A stretch of DNA of 64,000 nt from Tubiluchus corallicola (Eukaryota; Animalia; Priapulida): NCBI GenBank assembly GCA_030141605.1, contig JAQGDQ010000116.1, forward strand, positions 372,001 through 436,000. The letters are read 5' to 3'. Of this stretch, positions 52,331-64,000 are shown one piece after another (positions within the stretch are counted from its first letter, which is position 1; the number at the start of each line of letters is the position of its first letter). Below the pieces are notes generated by a model. The model worked only from the letters and a program-made list of their open reading frames with translations, did no database searches and was not told the DNA's origin. Position numbers and translations under genes: made by a program.

Positions 52331-55300
52331 TCATCATTACGCAATCAAAAGGAAATATTTCACCAAGCCAAATGAATACCTTTAACATCTCATTAATATT
52401 GGCTAACCAGTGGTTACATAATTACAACCTGATTTAGCCCAAAACCTGACAACTTTACCGTAACGATAATGTTTTTCCTGTCCATTGTGAACTGGAAAAT
52501 TTTTGTGTGTACAGCAAATGAACAGTTACTGCCACTGTTGGACAAGTGATTTGGAGTAAATAAAAGGAAACGTACGTCAAATAAACGACCTGCTGTTTTT
52601 AGGACAGTGCTTATTATCTTTATTGAGGGCATAGTTTTACTACCTTGTATCCAACGGTACACATGCATTGCATTCCTTAGAAGAATATGGCTTTTATTAA
52701 ACCTTCAGAGCACTATTTATACAAAGTCAATGAAAATAAAAGTGGCAAAACTTATTGCATTCTTTCAACGTCATATTAGAAGAAAACTACAAAAATAAAA
52801 GGATCATTCGAGTAAACGTCAAAAAAGATTATATCACATCAAATAAAAATGTGTGTCATATTTCAGATTTGCTTTGAGCAGTTCACTCTGACTGACAAAA
52901 TAATACCGTTGACGTAATTTGCTTGAAGCCTGAAGGGTAAGGGCTGTCACCACAGTGTCATTCAAACAAAGCAGACTAAAATGGCAATCATGAAAGAGAA
53001 TTGTTTTACTCATTTTTGACAAGCTCGAAATATCATGTATTGCGGCTATATACTGGTCACAGCTCTCACACAGTACCACAAAATGTCATGACATGTCTTA
53101 AAATATATCACCTAACGTTTGTAAAAAGGCAGAAGGCTGTCAACGCCGTGAAGATACTCTAAAATACGTCGTTTTCTCAACGAGCCAAACTTGTAATACT
53201 ATACTTGCGTTCCCGCGCCAAAACACAGACTGCGTCCGCATTTAAGATAAACCAATTGAAAACTGATTGATGGGGCCCAATATTAAACTCAGTTACTGCG
53301 GATTCCAAATATAGGGCTCCTTTTTAACAGTACATCTCAAAAAAGTTTTTTGTCTTAAGGATTAATACCACGGGAGCATTAATAGTTACTTTTAACTAAC
53401 CATGCAAATCCGAAGGTGCAGAGGTGTATAATATCTGATAATCTGCACATACACGCAAATATTTACGGCAAACACGAATGCGGCACTGAAGCAAACAAAG
53501 GAATGTTTTCCATTACATTTCCAAACAACCACGCTTCGTTCAGAAAATTTGGAATAATACGATCCTATCATCATTAATCGAGAAATCTCATCTTGTGTTA
53601 TCAGAGTAAATATCAGTAACTTAAATCTTGGACCCACGGGTCAGACAAAGGCCATATATAAACTAATAGGCTTGTATTGCAAACGATATATAACAAAGAA
53701 TAATTCTATTACTCTATTACGATTCTTTCAACGACATAATGTATGCTATCATTTTTACCGCAAATAAATATATTTATATACGTATTTAAATTTCATAATG
53801 AAGCATTTTTCACTACAGTATATTACAAGATAATGCAAGGCTTCTATAAAGAAAGGATAGTTATAAAAAGCTTTTCTTAAGGCTAACTGTAGTACCTGTT
53901 GACACTTATACGTGTAAAATGTTATTTGTTCTATTTTTATAGATATGATACAGGTTAGTGATATCGCGTTTACTAGTATAATATGCACAACTAGCGATGA
54001 TACATTTCAAAATCTATACAAAAATTTTACTAACACAACACAATAACATTGGGTTTATGTTCGAAACACCAAGTCTGGCCAAATTCTTGCTATTTTTATA
54101 AACATTATTATTTAATTAATTTAAGTACTTATATGTATGTAATCCCAAGACCATTTTTAAAGTTGTTGGTGCATGGACATAAACATCCAAAACATTCATG
54201 CTTCTTCATTAACTCCGCATTAGCTTATGAAAATTGGTATAGTACAGGAAAGTATTATTATAAACACAATTCAAGTTAACTCTGTCTGTGAAGAAGAGTA
54301 CGCAACAGTGCAGAGAGAAGTGATAACAGACAAAGTAAAGTGGTAAAAGTGTACATAGGCTAAGTGACAGTGAGGAAGTGCTTTTTTAATTTAGGGCTTT
54401 TTGGTTAATACTAATACTGAGTCTTGCTATTACATAGTTTTGTTGTTTTACCATTGGGAAGCAGCCTTGTGACGAAATGGTTCCACCCTTGTAAAAACAT
54501 ACATGTACACATAGACCATATATTGTAATAAAAAAACACAATAAATAAATTAGGCGCATAAATAACAAAAATGTCAACATGATGGAGGAAAAGCAATGTT
54601 AAGCTATGTGATAAGTATTGCGATATAATGTCGTCATTATATGTGATCAACGCGATCTACATAATTATTATGTACGAACTGTTGTAATAATTTGAATTTT
54701 GGCATAAATTATCACTAGAATGAAAATATTACCGTGTAATCAATGCCGTTTATTGAATTTTCCCTTTAATACACTCTTTTGCATCGACTTACTACTAACA
54801 CAAAAATGATGATACTTGACTTCTTTTACAGTTTGCTTTTGCCAATACTAATAAAAATTAATACAAACAATTAGTAAGTTTTTCTTTGCACAGCTATATG
54901 CAATAACTTGGAATAAATAGTGAATCCATACAAACCAATTCATTTTTAATCATTCGTCTCAATGTAAAAATTAACTTTCAGTAGTTTTTGAACTGTTTTT
55001 CCTATTATACCTAAATATACTCTCCTGTCTGCGTTTTATTGTAATGCCGTACAGATCAAAGTGTTAACTCCTACTGGTAACTCAAGAATCAACAATGCAA
55101 GTATTCTCTATAGGGATTACACACTGTGCTAAACATTTCTAGTAAAACCGGAAAGCAGAATCTCCTCTTGCAAAGATTTGAGCGAAATTGTAAAGAGCAC
55201 TCACCGGTGTGGAATAATCCTGCTACATGTATAATAATAACTGCCTTTACTCACAAAACAATTCGTAAAATAAAGCACTATATTTTACACATTGTTTATG

Positions 55301-58300
55301 GAAATTGAGCATAAGTAGTTTATCACTTGCTACACCACTCAAAAATATTTTTTGTTATAAACGCCAAAGTCTCTACTCTCAAGATGTTACGGTGAACCCA
55401 AGCAGGCGAATACAGCACGGTCCGTAACATTTTTATTCAAGGGGGAGGGGGTGTTTGCGTCGTACGTGACTAGCCAACCAAGCAGAGGCGGTCATGTTCA
55501 TATAATTTATTGTAATTATTTAAATTTGGTAAGTGTCATTACTATACACACAGACAAGAGTAAATCCCATGTCATTTTCAGGTTGACTGCTTGCAGGAAC
55601 GTCAATAACCTTAAAACCACTAAGAGAAGACGCTTGTTTAAAGCAACCCGAGCTTTGCTTGCAAGTATTTATATGTAAGAAGAAAATTGGGTTATTACGA
55701 CTGGGACTACGACAAAAGCTTCACTTGACAGGTACTACACAAACAGTAAACACACAAAAAAACTGTTACCGTAGTCCCGACTTTTGAACATTTTTACAGG
55801 CCTGCATAACCTGAGCTTAATAGGTGATTTAAATAAATTTTAGTTATTCCAATTTAATATTGAGGAGGGAAAACACCCAACACCAAATAAGGTTCAATTA
55901 TACAATTACAGGCTTGTAGTGAATTGCTTGTATGCCTCAACGTGTGACCAACTGTCCATACAAATTCGTTATTTCATAGTGAAAAGGGGATAAAAAACAT
56001 TATTTCTGTGGACGACAACAAATATGAAAATGTGTATTGTAACACTTTAATTGCTACTGCTTTACGAATACCTAACCATACTGTAGATATGCACTATGTA
56101 CTAACTAAAAAATTACCACGAATAACACGAAAAAGGCAAACAAAAAAATTAATTTAATAATTATTAATTATTTTAGAAGTCTTAGTATCATATAACTGTA
56201 CAATAAAACAATCTCTGAGTTATACATTTATATATATATATAATTATACATACCTGAACCAGTAAAGAATAGACTATTATAATTATAGCATTCCATTTTT
56301 TCATACAGACATTGTAAATAGTTTCTAAAGTGTAAGTAACACAGTTATTATTGAATAATTGTGTTGGAATCTATAACTAGTGCTATTTACGTGAATAGTT
56401 AACAAATATAAGATTCAGATCTATGACATATGACTAAAGTTACTAGATGAAATGTAATCAAGTTACAAGTTCATATCTAGAAACGCAAGTGGATTGCAGT
56501 TAAAAGGGAAACCCTGCATATTATAGAGGAACTTTCAAAAAGGGATTAATAATAACTGAAAACTAACATTTTTTTAACTACGAACAAATAAACACACATA
56601 TATACCGCCAAGAAACATCCAGTTCTTGAATAATAATATTGCACATTCACAATACAGCAGAGATGTTAAAACAAAAACTTTCTGCCTTATAGTTTCTTCT
56701 GAATTCATTTGGAAGCGCTGGACCACCTAAGTGCATACGAATTAGGATTCACTGGGCGACAGGATTCGACATAATCACCCTGTAGAGTGTACCAAAATAA
56801 TGGCGTAGGGCCTATTCAACTTTTATCAAAAATAGTTATTGTAATCTTATTACCAGCAATGTCAATGATGCATACAACTGCGAAGAATTAGAGAAATTTA
56901 CCGTCATAATAACTATTTGACATGTAGATAATTTCACTATAGTTTTGAAAGCTTTATACACAGCATTAATAAGGATTTTGAAAAATTGAAAATAAATTAT
57001 TTTAGTCAAAAATTGGTAAACTTTTTGAAAAACTATTAATGTTCCTCACTTACTGTGTGCATATTTGGACGGGGAGAAGGCTACTTATTTAATGTGTAAT
57101 AATTATGTAACCCGATTAGTGCATTTAATACATACAAAAAAGTATCTTAAGGCCTTGTATTACACAATATAAGGCCAACTTACCAACATAATTCTGCAAG
57201 ATACAGGGACATTATGTTACATCACGACTTTACTTGAAAAATACTCCAATTTTTTATGCATTGTTTTATGAATAATAAATTATTTATTACTACAGTCGTG
57301 CAAATGTTAGAGTGACTCTTTCATTAGTTAAGCCACAATGCAAGACTGTATTGCACACCAGCTACTGGATAGGATAACAGCTACTAGGCTGCCGTTTGTC
57401 AAAAGTTCCTGAAAATTACATGAAATTAAAATGATGTTATTTTATGTTTTTACTCTAATTACACAATATTTAATCTATTCCAAAAATAGTCCGGATATTT
57501 CTAGTATTGTCTAGTTCAAATTTACTCATGTTAAGAACCAACACCAGTCATCTTATTCTAATAAAAATTATTTAGTCATATGAGCTAAATTTTGTACTTG
57601 ATTAGTACATAATCTACAATTTGCCATCAAACTAATGGATATTTGTAATAAACATTGACAAGTATGATATTTGGATAAAGATAAACAAAAGATAACTATA
57701 AAGACAACAATGTTTACGTACTAAAATGCAATTATTTTACAAAGCTTTAGTTCTTAATAAACAAAACAAGAAAAACAACATGTTGCAAATAATAAAATTT
57801 AAAATTAAAATTCATCTCAAAGACACATAAAATTGACAACAAAATTTATAAATACACAGCCTGCATTATATTTATGAAAACTAGAATCAGTTAACCACTA
57901 ATTAAAAACAACTGCACAAATTTAAATCATAAGTAATGTATGTATAATTTTAGTGCCTTTTGCATTCTAAATTCATATTCATACTAATAATACAATCTAT
58001 AAAATATGAGCACAACACCACACAGCAATGTTTAACGACCAGAAAAGTTACACAACACTGTTAGATATACGTTATCAACAACAACGTGTACATCATAATT
58101 TTTACAATTTTTTCAGGAGCACATTCAAGAAAATATGGCAGGCTTAACCAACAAAAGAGCCCGTAAACACATAAGCAGTTGTTGGATTCTTCACACCAGA
58201 CATTTTTGTGGCTAATATTTTCCTTTATAGCAAACTACAATAACATTATAAATAACTTGTAAATACCTCTACAAAATAAAAGACAGCTTGTAATCATAAC

Positions 58301-58463
58301 TAAATATAATATTAAACAAACATAGAGGTACCTGTGTGAGTTTGCATATCCACTAAAAAGAAGTTTGTTACAGAAATACCTTGTTACTTGCAATATAACG
58401 TATAGCCAATTCATCAATGTTGCAAATCGAGTACAGCAAAAAAACTGAAATGATAATTAGGTC

Positions 58464-58688
58464 CAGAGGTGTAGCCAGATTTCAAAATTAAGGAGAGCAA
58501 GCACATAAAAATTTGATCCTTTGTTTAATCAGTCAACCTTGACACGAGTTGCATAAATGTATGCTCATGTCATGGGAGGCAGGTTGGTTAAACAAAGTAA
58601 TAAGGCAGGTTGTTGAAAAGGCGTCAGTTTTGAAAAATGTGCTCGGAGCAGCGGTTGCTCCCTTGCTCCCCTATTAGCTACACCACTG
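58464..58688. mobile_element. hAT-like MITE (225 bp)
   Basis: 12-bp TIR CAGAGGTGTAGC / GCTACACCACTG with a perfect 8-bp TSD ATTAGGTC (58456-58463, 58689-58696). Confidence 0.88.
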
Positions 58689-58824
58689 ATTAGGTCACAA
58701 TTTGGTGCGATCTTAAATAACAGGGTACGATAGCACAGCTTACCAGTGACAGCTTTGCTACTCACTGCAGAGCAACTACTGCCTTAAACTTTAATGAACA
58801 GTAAGCAAGCTTTCCTGAGACAGC

Positions 58825-59170
58825 ATCCATGCTGCCACTTTATCACAATGAAATCATACTGATCTTCGGGCACCGATGTGAGTAAATCTTACTGTGTACA
58901 AGCAATGTCGCCACTTTACAACATGAAAACATCCGAAATTAAACATGCACAATATTTTCACGGCATATCATCGTGAACAGAACTTGTTGTCCAAATGGAA
59001 GTCTCCATTATTCGATACATGTTTGTAACTGCATCCACTTTGACCAATATTGTGTAACATGGTTACTAACAACAGTCGATAGTGAAGACCTTACCGATAA
59101 ATCATTACCGGGGAGTTGGCCGTGAAAAGCTGACATTGTTTCACAACGTAATAAAGTGACGGCGTGGATG
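58825..59170. mobile_element. Harbinger-like MITE
   Basis: CATCCATGCTGCCACTTTAT ... ATAAAGTGACGGCGTGGATG inverted termini. Confidence 0.55.
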
Positions 59171-60123
59171 ACGTATAGATGACTGTCGCAATTCGGCTAT
59201 AAGAATGTTATAAAGTAGACTTCGCAAAATTCGAAACTTACGAAAGTGTGTTTAATAAGAACTTATTAGGAAAGCATACTGAGAAACATCTTAATAGTAA
59301 GTAATATTGCAAAATTGTCCTTAATTTGCTGCCACAGAACTCCTATGTGTATTTTGTTGTCTCGTAAATCAGTAGACAAATGGGTTTTCCATAATTTCTG
59401 GACTGCTGATAGGTGTAGGAATATCACTAGTACTAGTTGTACTGCTATAGCTACGTAGTTGCAGTAATAGTTTTCGAGTCTGCTCATGGTGCTCTCCACG
59501 CTGTTTCTACAAGAACAAAAGTTAACTGGAGTTAAAATAACAGAAAAATGTTTTGAACAACAAACAATCATAGTTTATTATATATGTCACTTCATATCTG
59601 ATTACAGTCCTCCCTCAGCTAGTAAATCAATTTCTATAGTTAAATATTACAACCACAATTAACCAAATGAATTTAATTCAATGCTTTAATAATATTTTAA
59701 TACAAAAACTTAAGTCAAATTTTCTTTTTTCTAGAACCAAGATCCAGAGACGCTATGTTGACACAAACAAAGAGTACAGTAAAACACTTTTAGTACCTTT
59801 CTGCCAGGAAACTGAGAAGTTGTCAAATTTAGTATTTATTTAAAAGAAAAATTCTCTTAACTGGCTATACTACTTTTGGAGTTATCTAATTTTTCGAGTT
59901 GTGGCAACACTATTAAGCTTGTGCAATGCAGTAATGTGTTCATCTGCAGGTACGAGGATTGAAATCATATACAAGTCATGAAGACTTAACTTAAGTTGGA
60001 TAATAACTACTATCTGAACTTTTTGTAGCCATTAAAATTGACTGCCAAATTTACACCATTGTAATAAATGTTATGAAAGGTTATACTGTAAAATAAAAGG
60101 GCACTGGGTTGCTGTCACTAAGA

Positions 60124-60153
60124 TTACGCATACGTTGTCCTTCTTGCCCGAGC
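60124..60153 (-). CDS. PLCB4: PLC-beta downstream terminal exon; coding (ARARRTTYA*) only in alternative isoforms
   Basis: Strong acceptor cctttccattttaccag; pairs with the donor at 60623. Confidence 0.5.
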   Translation of the reverse strand, partial: ARARRTTYA

Positions 60154-60624
60154 CTGGTAAAATGGAAAGGATTAAAATGTATTAATTTGTATTAATAAAG
60201 CCAATGGTCAGCACGTCAAATAATGAAAAATACAACAACCAAAACAAAAATGTTTTGTTTTGTGGATGTAAATCATAGACAGTCAGTAATACAATTAGTC
60301 ACACACTATGCAAATTAAATGTTAATGGTACACATGCTTTATAAAAACATATGAGAACAACAGTTTGAAAAACACCACGTGTCAAGAGATATTAAAATTC
60401 ATTAACTAGCAAGCCAAAAATAAGGTATTAAACTAAGCAATGAAAAATGCAAATAATGGATCAAAAGCATGCCTTTTAGCAAATTATAATAGCTGAAACA
60501 CAAGGTATAACATTAACATATCCAAAAGTATGCCAAAACATTAAAATAAAATAAATAAACCCTGGACTTTGGTGATGAAAACACAGCAAACTCGTGCAAA
60601 ACTGCAAGGCATTTTTATAATACC

Positions 60625-60693
60625 TTAAATGACCGTTTCTGGCTTACTAGCCATCTTTGCTTCTTCGTGAGCAACTTTCTGAGATTCTAAAAG
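60625..60693 (-). CDS. PLCB4: PLC-beta last coding exon, PDZ ligand -ETVI
   Basis: LLESQKVAHEEAKMASKPETVI*, comparable to vertebrate PLCB4 ...RPATVV; donor 1 nt after the stop. Confidence 0.82.
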   Translation of the reverse strand, partial: LLESQKVAHEEAKMASKPETVI

Positions 60694-61293
60694 CTAAAAG
60701 CCAAATATATTTTTAGTATAAAAGTTTTCCCAGAACCACCACCATGTTAGTAAGAAAATAGACAGATATTCTATGAACTACACAATAGTAAAGCCAGTGT
60801 ATTATTTTTGCCAAATGACTAATTGTTTATAATAAACACTAAACACGAAACTCGCAACATGGAAGTTGTTTAACAATAACACAAATGCAACAGAAACAAA
60901 ACTTATCAAAATATTATCATACTAAATTTTGTCTTTTTCATTTGGAATCTAACAACAATCTACTCGAACTCAGTCTATTCTTCAATGATATGAAGAATTC
61001 TTATTTTGCTGGGAGAAAAGAGCAAGCATTTACAAGTGTGGTAAAAGTTTGTTAGACAAAGCCAGACTATCTGGTTTCAAATCACCTTTGTTTAAATTTT
61101 AGTTTTCCCTGCATAAAATCATTAATGTCATTTGTTTCAAAGTATCCCTTTCACAAAGTGCCTGAAAGCAACAATTGTTTCCCTGGAAAGCGGTGAGCAG
61201 TCAACAAGTTGTTATGAAATACACCATATACTACAGCTTGCAAAAAAAGAATACTACAAGAGAGAAACACAAGCTTAACTGATAAAGTTTTAC

Positions 61294-61438
61294 CTCAACG
61301 GTAAACTTGGTTACAAGTTCAACTTGCTCTGTGTGAATCTTTTTTAGATTTTCTCTCTCATTACTGTGCTTCATGGCTAGCCGTTTTCGCTCTTCTATGA
61401 ACTTTTTCGTATTAGTGCTGTTGAGTTCCTTCACCCGC
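61294..61438 (-). CDS. PLCB4: PLC-beta C-terminal coiled-coil exon
   Basis: [24 protein letters not shown], the PLCB4/norpA distal CTD motif. Confidence 0.93.
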
Positions 61439-61698
61439 CTAGAAACATACACGTGTGTAATGTCTAGTAAAGGGGAAATTCTACCTCAAGTGTATTAGAT
61501 TATAGCAATATGAAGACATCATAAAAATGAATAGCAAAGCTATAACTGCTGAAAAACACTTAAGACAAACTAAAAACAAAGTCAGGATACAAATTATTTT
61601 AATTACTTGGTGGTTTCGGAAATTTAATGAAAAAAACAAAGACAAAAATGGCATTGCATGGCTGTGATAAATCAAAAATACTGATAATGTAAACTCAC

Positions 61699-61800
61699 CG
61701 TTCTTTTTCCTGCTTGTTTTTTATGTTTTTATCATTTCCCACGGCTTTGTTTGCCTCCATTGACTGCTTTGCCTGAGCTGTTTTAAGGTCTTTATTTTCT
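61699..61800 (-). CDS. PLCB4: PLC-beta exon
   Basis: ENKDLKTAQAKQSMEANKAVGNDKNIKNKQEKER; phase 2-2. Confidence 0.92.
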
Positions 61801-62665
61801 CTACAAACATTTAAAATTGATTACAGCATTACGATATACACACAATTTAGACTGGCATTATTGCAAATTCGCATATGCCAATTCACAGATGTACTGCTGG
61901 TAGTGAACACCATCTACCACTAACCATTAGTATCAATAATTCATAATCATAATGATCAGAAAATCATAAAAAAAGAAAAACAGCATAAGTAATTTTAGTG
62001 TTTGGGGTTACAAAATAAATGATTTAATCTTAATAAATTACAGTTTGTTATGTCTCATTTAATGTCTCTCTCTATAAAAAATAAGTTAAGAATAGTGTTG
62101 TTACAGATGAGCTAAAATTAAAAAAATTGATTACAAGCTGTGTGATTTAACATAAGTCTTATGTAAAGCAATAAATAGATCAACTAAGTAAAAAAACGAA
62201 CAAAATTAAGAGTGCCAGCAAGCAGCAGTACACAAATGTGCACAGGAGGCAGCAGAATATGAGATATAGCAATAGTCACTAACATGGACAGAAATGTGGT
62301 AACTTTATATGAAAACACTTATAGTACAACTTTGCTTGATTCAAGAATATTAACAGATAGCATCTGTCATTATTTATGTTGATACAGCAATATTTTACGT
62401 AAATTCTCTGGACTGGTATTTGTATTTCTTCATGTTCTGACCTATCTGTGAGTAGCCACTGGTCTTGTTTAGGCCAATTTATACGTAAAAAATTACTATA
62501 ATAATTCAAAAGCTCCAAGGCAAGTAAGTCATTTCGCACCCTCATCACCATTCTGTCGCCTTATCCGAGGAAAACAAAATTATTAACTGACAAGCTTTAA
62601 GAATGGTCTAACATAATGCTACAGTTTACGTTAGGTGAGATTTGATGACTTTACTAAGCTCCTAC

Positions 62666-62841
62666 CTCTCTTGCTTATCATCCAGCTGTTTCAACTGACG
62701 ATCTTGAGTTTCTTCTAACAGGGTTTTTATTTTATCACATTGCTGCACAGTGTGCTCCTTTAGTAAATCGTGTTCTTCTTGCAACTGGCGTGAAACTAAG
62801 TCAGACCATTCTACCGTCTGCTCCTGAACGACCTGTCGCAC
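62666..62841 (-). CDS. PLCB4: PLC-beta exon
   Basis: VRQVVQEQTVEWSDLV...QLKQLDDKQER. Confidence 0.9.
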
Positions 62842-63066
62842 CTTTGTAATACAAAGTGGGTCATGAAACATTGTCAATGCAATTGAATGTGAATCAGCTT
62901 TTAAAAAATTGTTTTAAAGACAGTCACGAGTTGGCACTTTTGAAAGTTCAGTGATATAAAATGCAAAAAAGTTAGTATTTCATAGTTTCTAGCTTAGCTA
63001 TCAATAAAACAATTATTTTGAACAGATTGGCATGAAACAATGTATAGTAATAAATTCTAGTAGTAC

Positions 63067-63142
63067 CTTGTTCTTATGCGTGTTAACTAATGACTGAATT
63101 TTCACTTCTGTAGCAGATTTCAAGTCACCACAGTTCTGTTCA
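63067..63142 (-). CDS. PLCB4: PLC-beta exon
   Basis: EQNCGDLKSATEVKIQSLVNTHKNK; phase 2-0. Confidence 0.88.
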
Positions 63143-63683
63143 CTAAAATGTAATTAAAAAATTATAAAATATCACACGGTTAAGAATTTATGTTGTTCAC
63201 ACTAGAGTAACTGCACTATTTAACATACGTCAATTGAAATAACTATTAAGAATCAGACTGAAGGTTTTTACTGTATTATTTAACTATGAATGTAGACACG
63301 TGTTAACAATAAAATAATATACAATGGTATTTTTATCACTGTTCACTCCTTCTATAGATAATGAAAAAAGTGAAACTTTAATACATGTTCTCAATTCAGT
63401 TAGTAAAGGCAGTGGTCATCAGCAGTTACTATAGAAAGGCAGCCAGCTATGACTTTAAGACTAAGTGAAAGCATTTTACACTAAGTGTGCAAAGTTTAAA
63501 ATACAATAATACATTATATAAATTACATATTAATAACTATCACTTCTTTAATTCTATGTTCTTTACTCAACAGTCACTGATTTTTAATTGTAAAAAAAAC
63601 AAAAACAAAAAACAGCATTTCACATTAGAACAAAACAGAGTCCCTTTAAACACGAATACTGAATAATTCCCTTTGTGGCCTAC

Positions 63684-63915
63684 CCTTTCTTTTTGATAGC
63701 TTTGTCCAAGGTTTTTTCATGGCACTGCTTTTCCTTGTCATGAGTGGCAACCATCTTGTCCATAAAGCAGCAGTGAGCTTTCTGCATAGTTCCACGATCC
63801 TTGGAAAATTTTTTCTTTAACAATTCAAGTTCCTTGGCTTGTTTTTTCAAAAGTTTCACAAACTGTTTGTCAGTTTGAAGCAACTCTGGTGTGATTGGGT
63901 CAAATGTTATCTCCT
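63684..63915 (-). CDS. PLCB4: PLC-beta4/norpA-like exon (catalytic exons lie beyond the window)
   Basis: FVKLLKKQAKELELLKKK...MQKAHC...DKMVATHDKEK...LDKAIKKKG, matching the PLCB4 CTD. Confidence 0.92.
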
Positions 63916-64000
63916 CTGAAAAATCAAAAAAAGTTTTATTACTTGCAAAAAATACACCTATCCATCAAGAAGTTTAAATCGAGCAATGGTGTAAAAACTT

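Noticed and set aside
60118-60153. KKDNVCVIL CaaX-like motif in another frame of the PLC terminal exon
   Set aside because: There is no stop after CVIL; the frame continues for a further 16 codons

Overview
AT-rich, intron-containing animal (invertebrate-like) genomic DNA; the taxon cannot be determined from the sequence. I reconstructed five protein-coding genes by hand from GT-AG junctions with consistent phases. (1) The 3' part of a PAR-1/MARK kinase (+, exons 526-11793: kinase, UBA, spacer, KA1). (2) A giant ~1841-aa ankyrin-repeat FEM-1-like protein with a tandemly duplicated FEM-1 module and C-terminal VHL/BC box (-, 16121-23253). (3) Single-exon PTRHD1 (-, 24583-24939), apparently inside the 5'UTR intron of the FEM-1-like gene and sharing a composite exon with it. 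(4) A ~950-990-aa low-complexity protein with AKAP2/MISP-like 'EREIR..EREEELR' repeats (-, 32074-45936). (5) The 3' end of a phospholipase C-beta4/norpA-like gene (-, 60124-63915) with probable alternative C-termini from a dual-frame exon. The rest contains hAT-like MITEs with 8-bp TSDs, CR1 and RTE LINE relics, a foldback-like element, minisatellites and microsatellites. There is no prokaryotic system, CRISPR array or rRNA. All gene models and family calls come from reading motifs, without database or transcript evidence.
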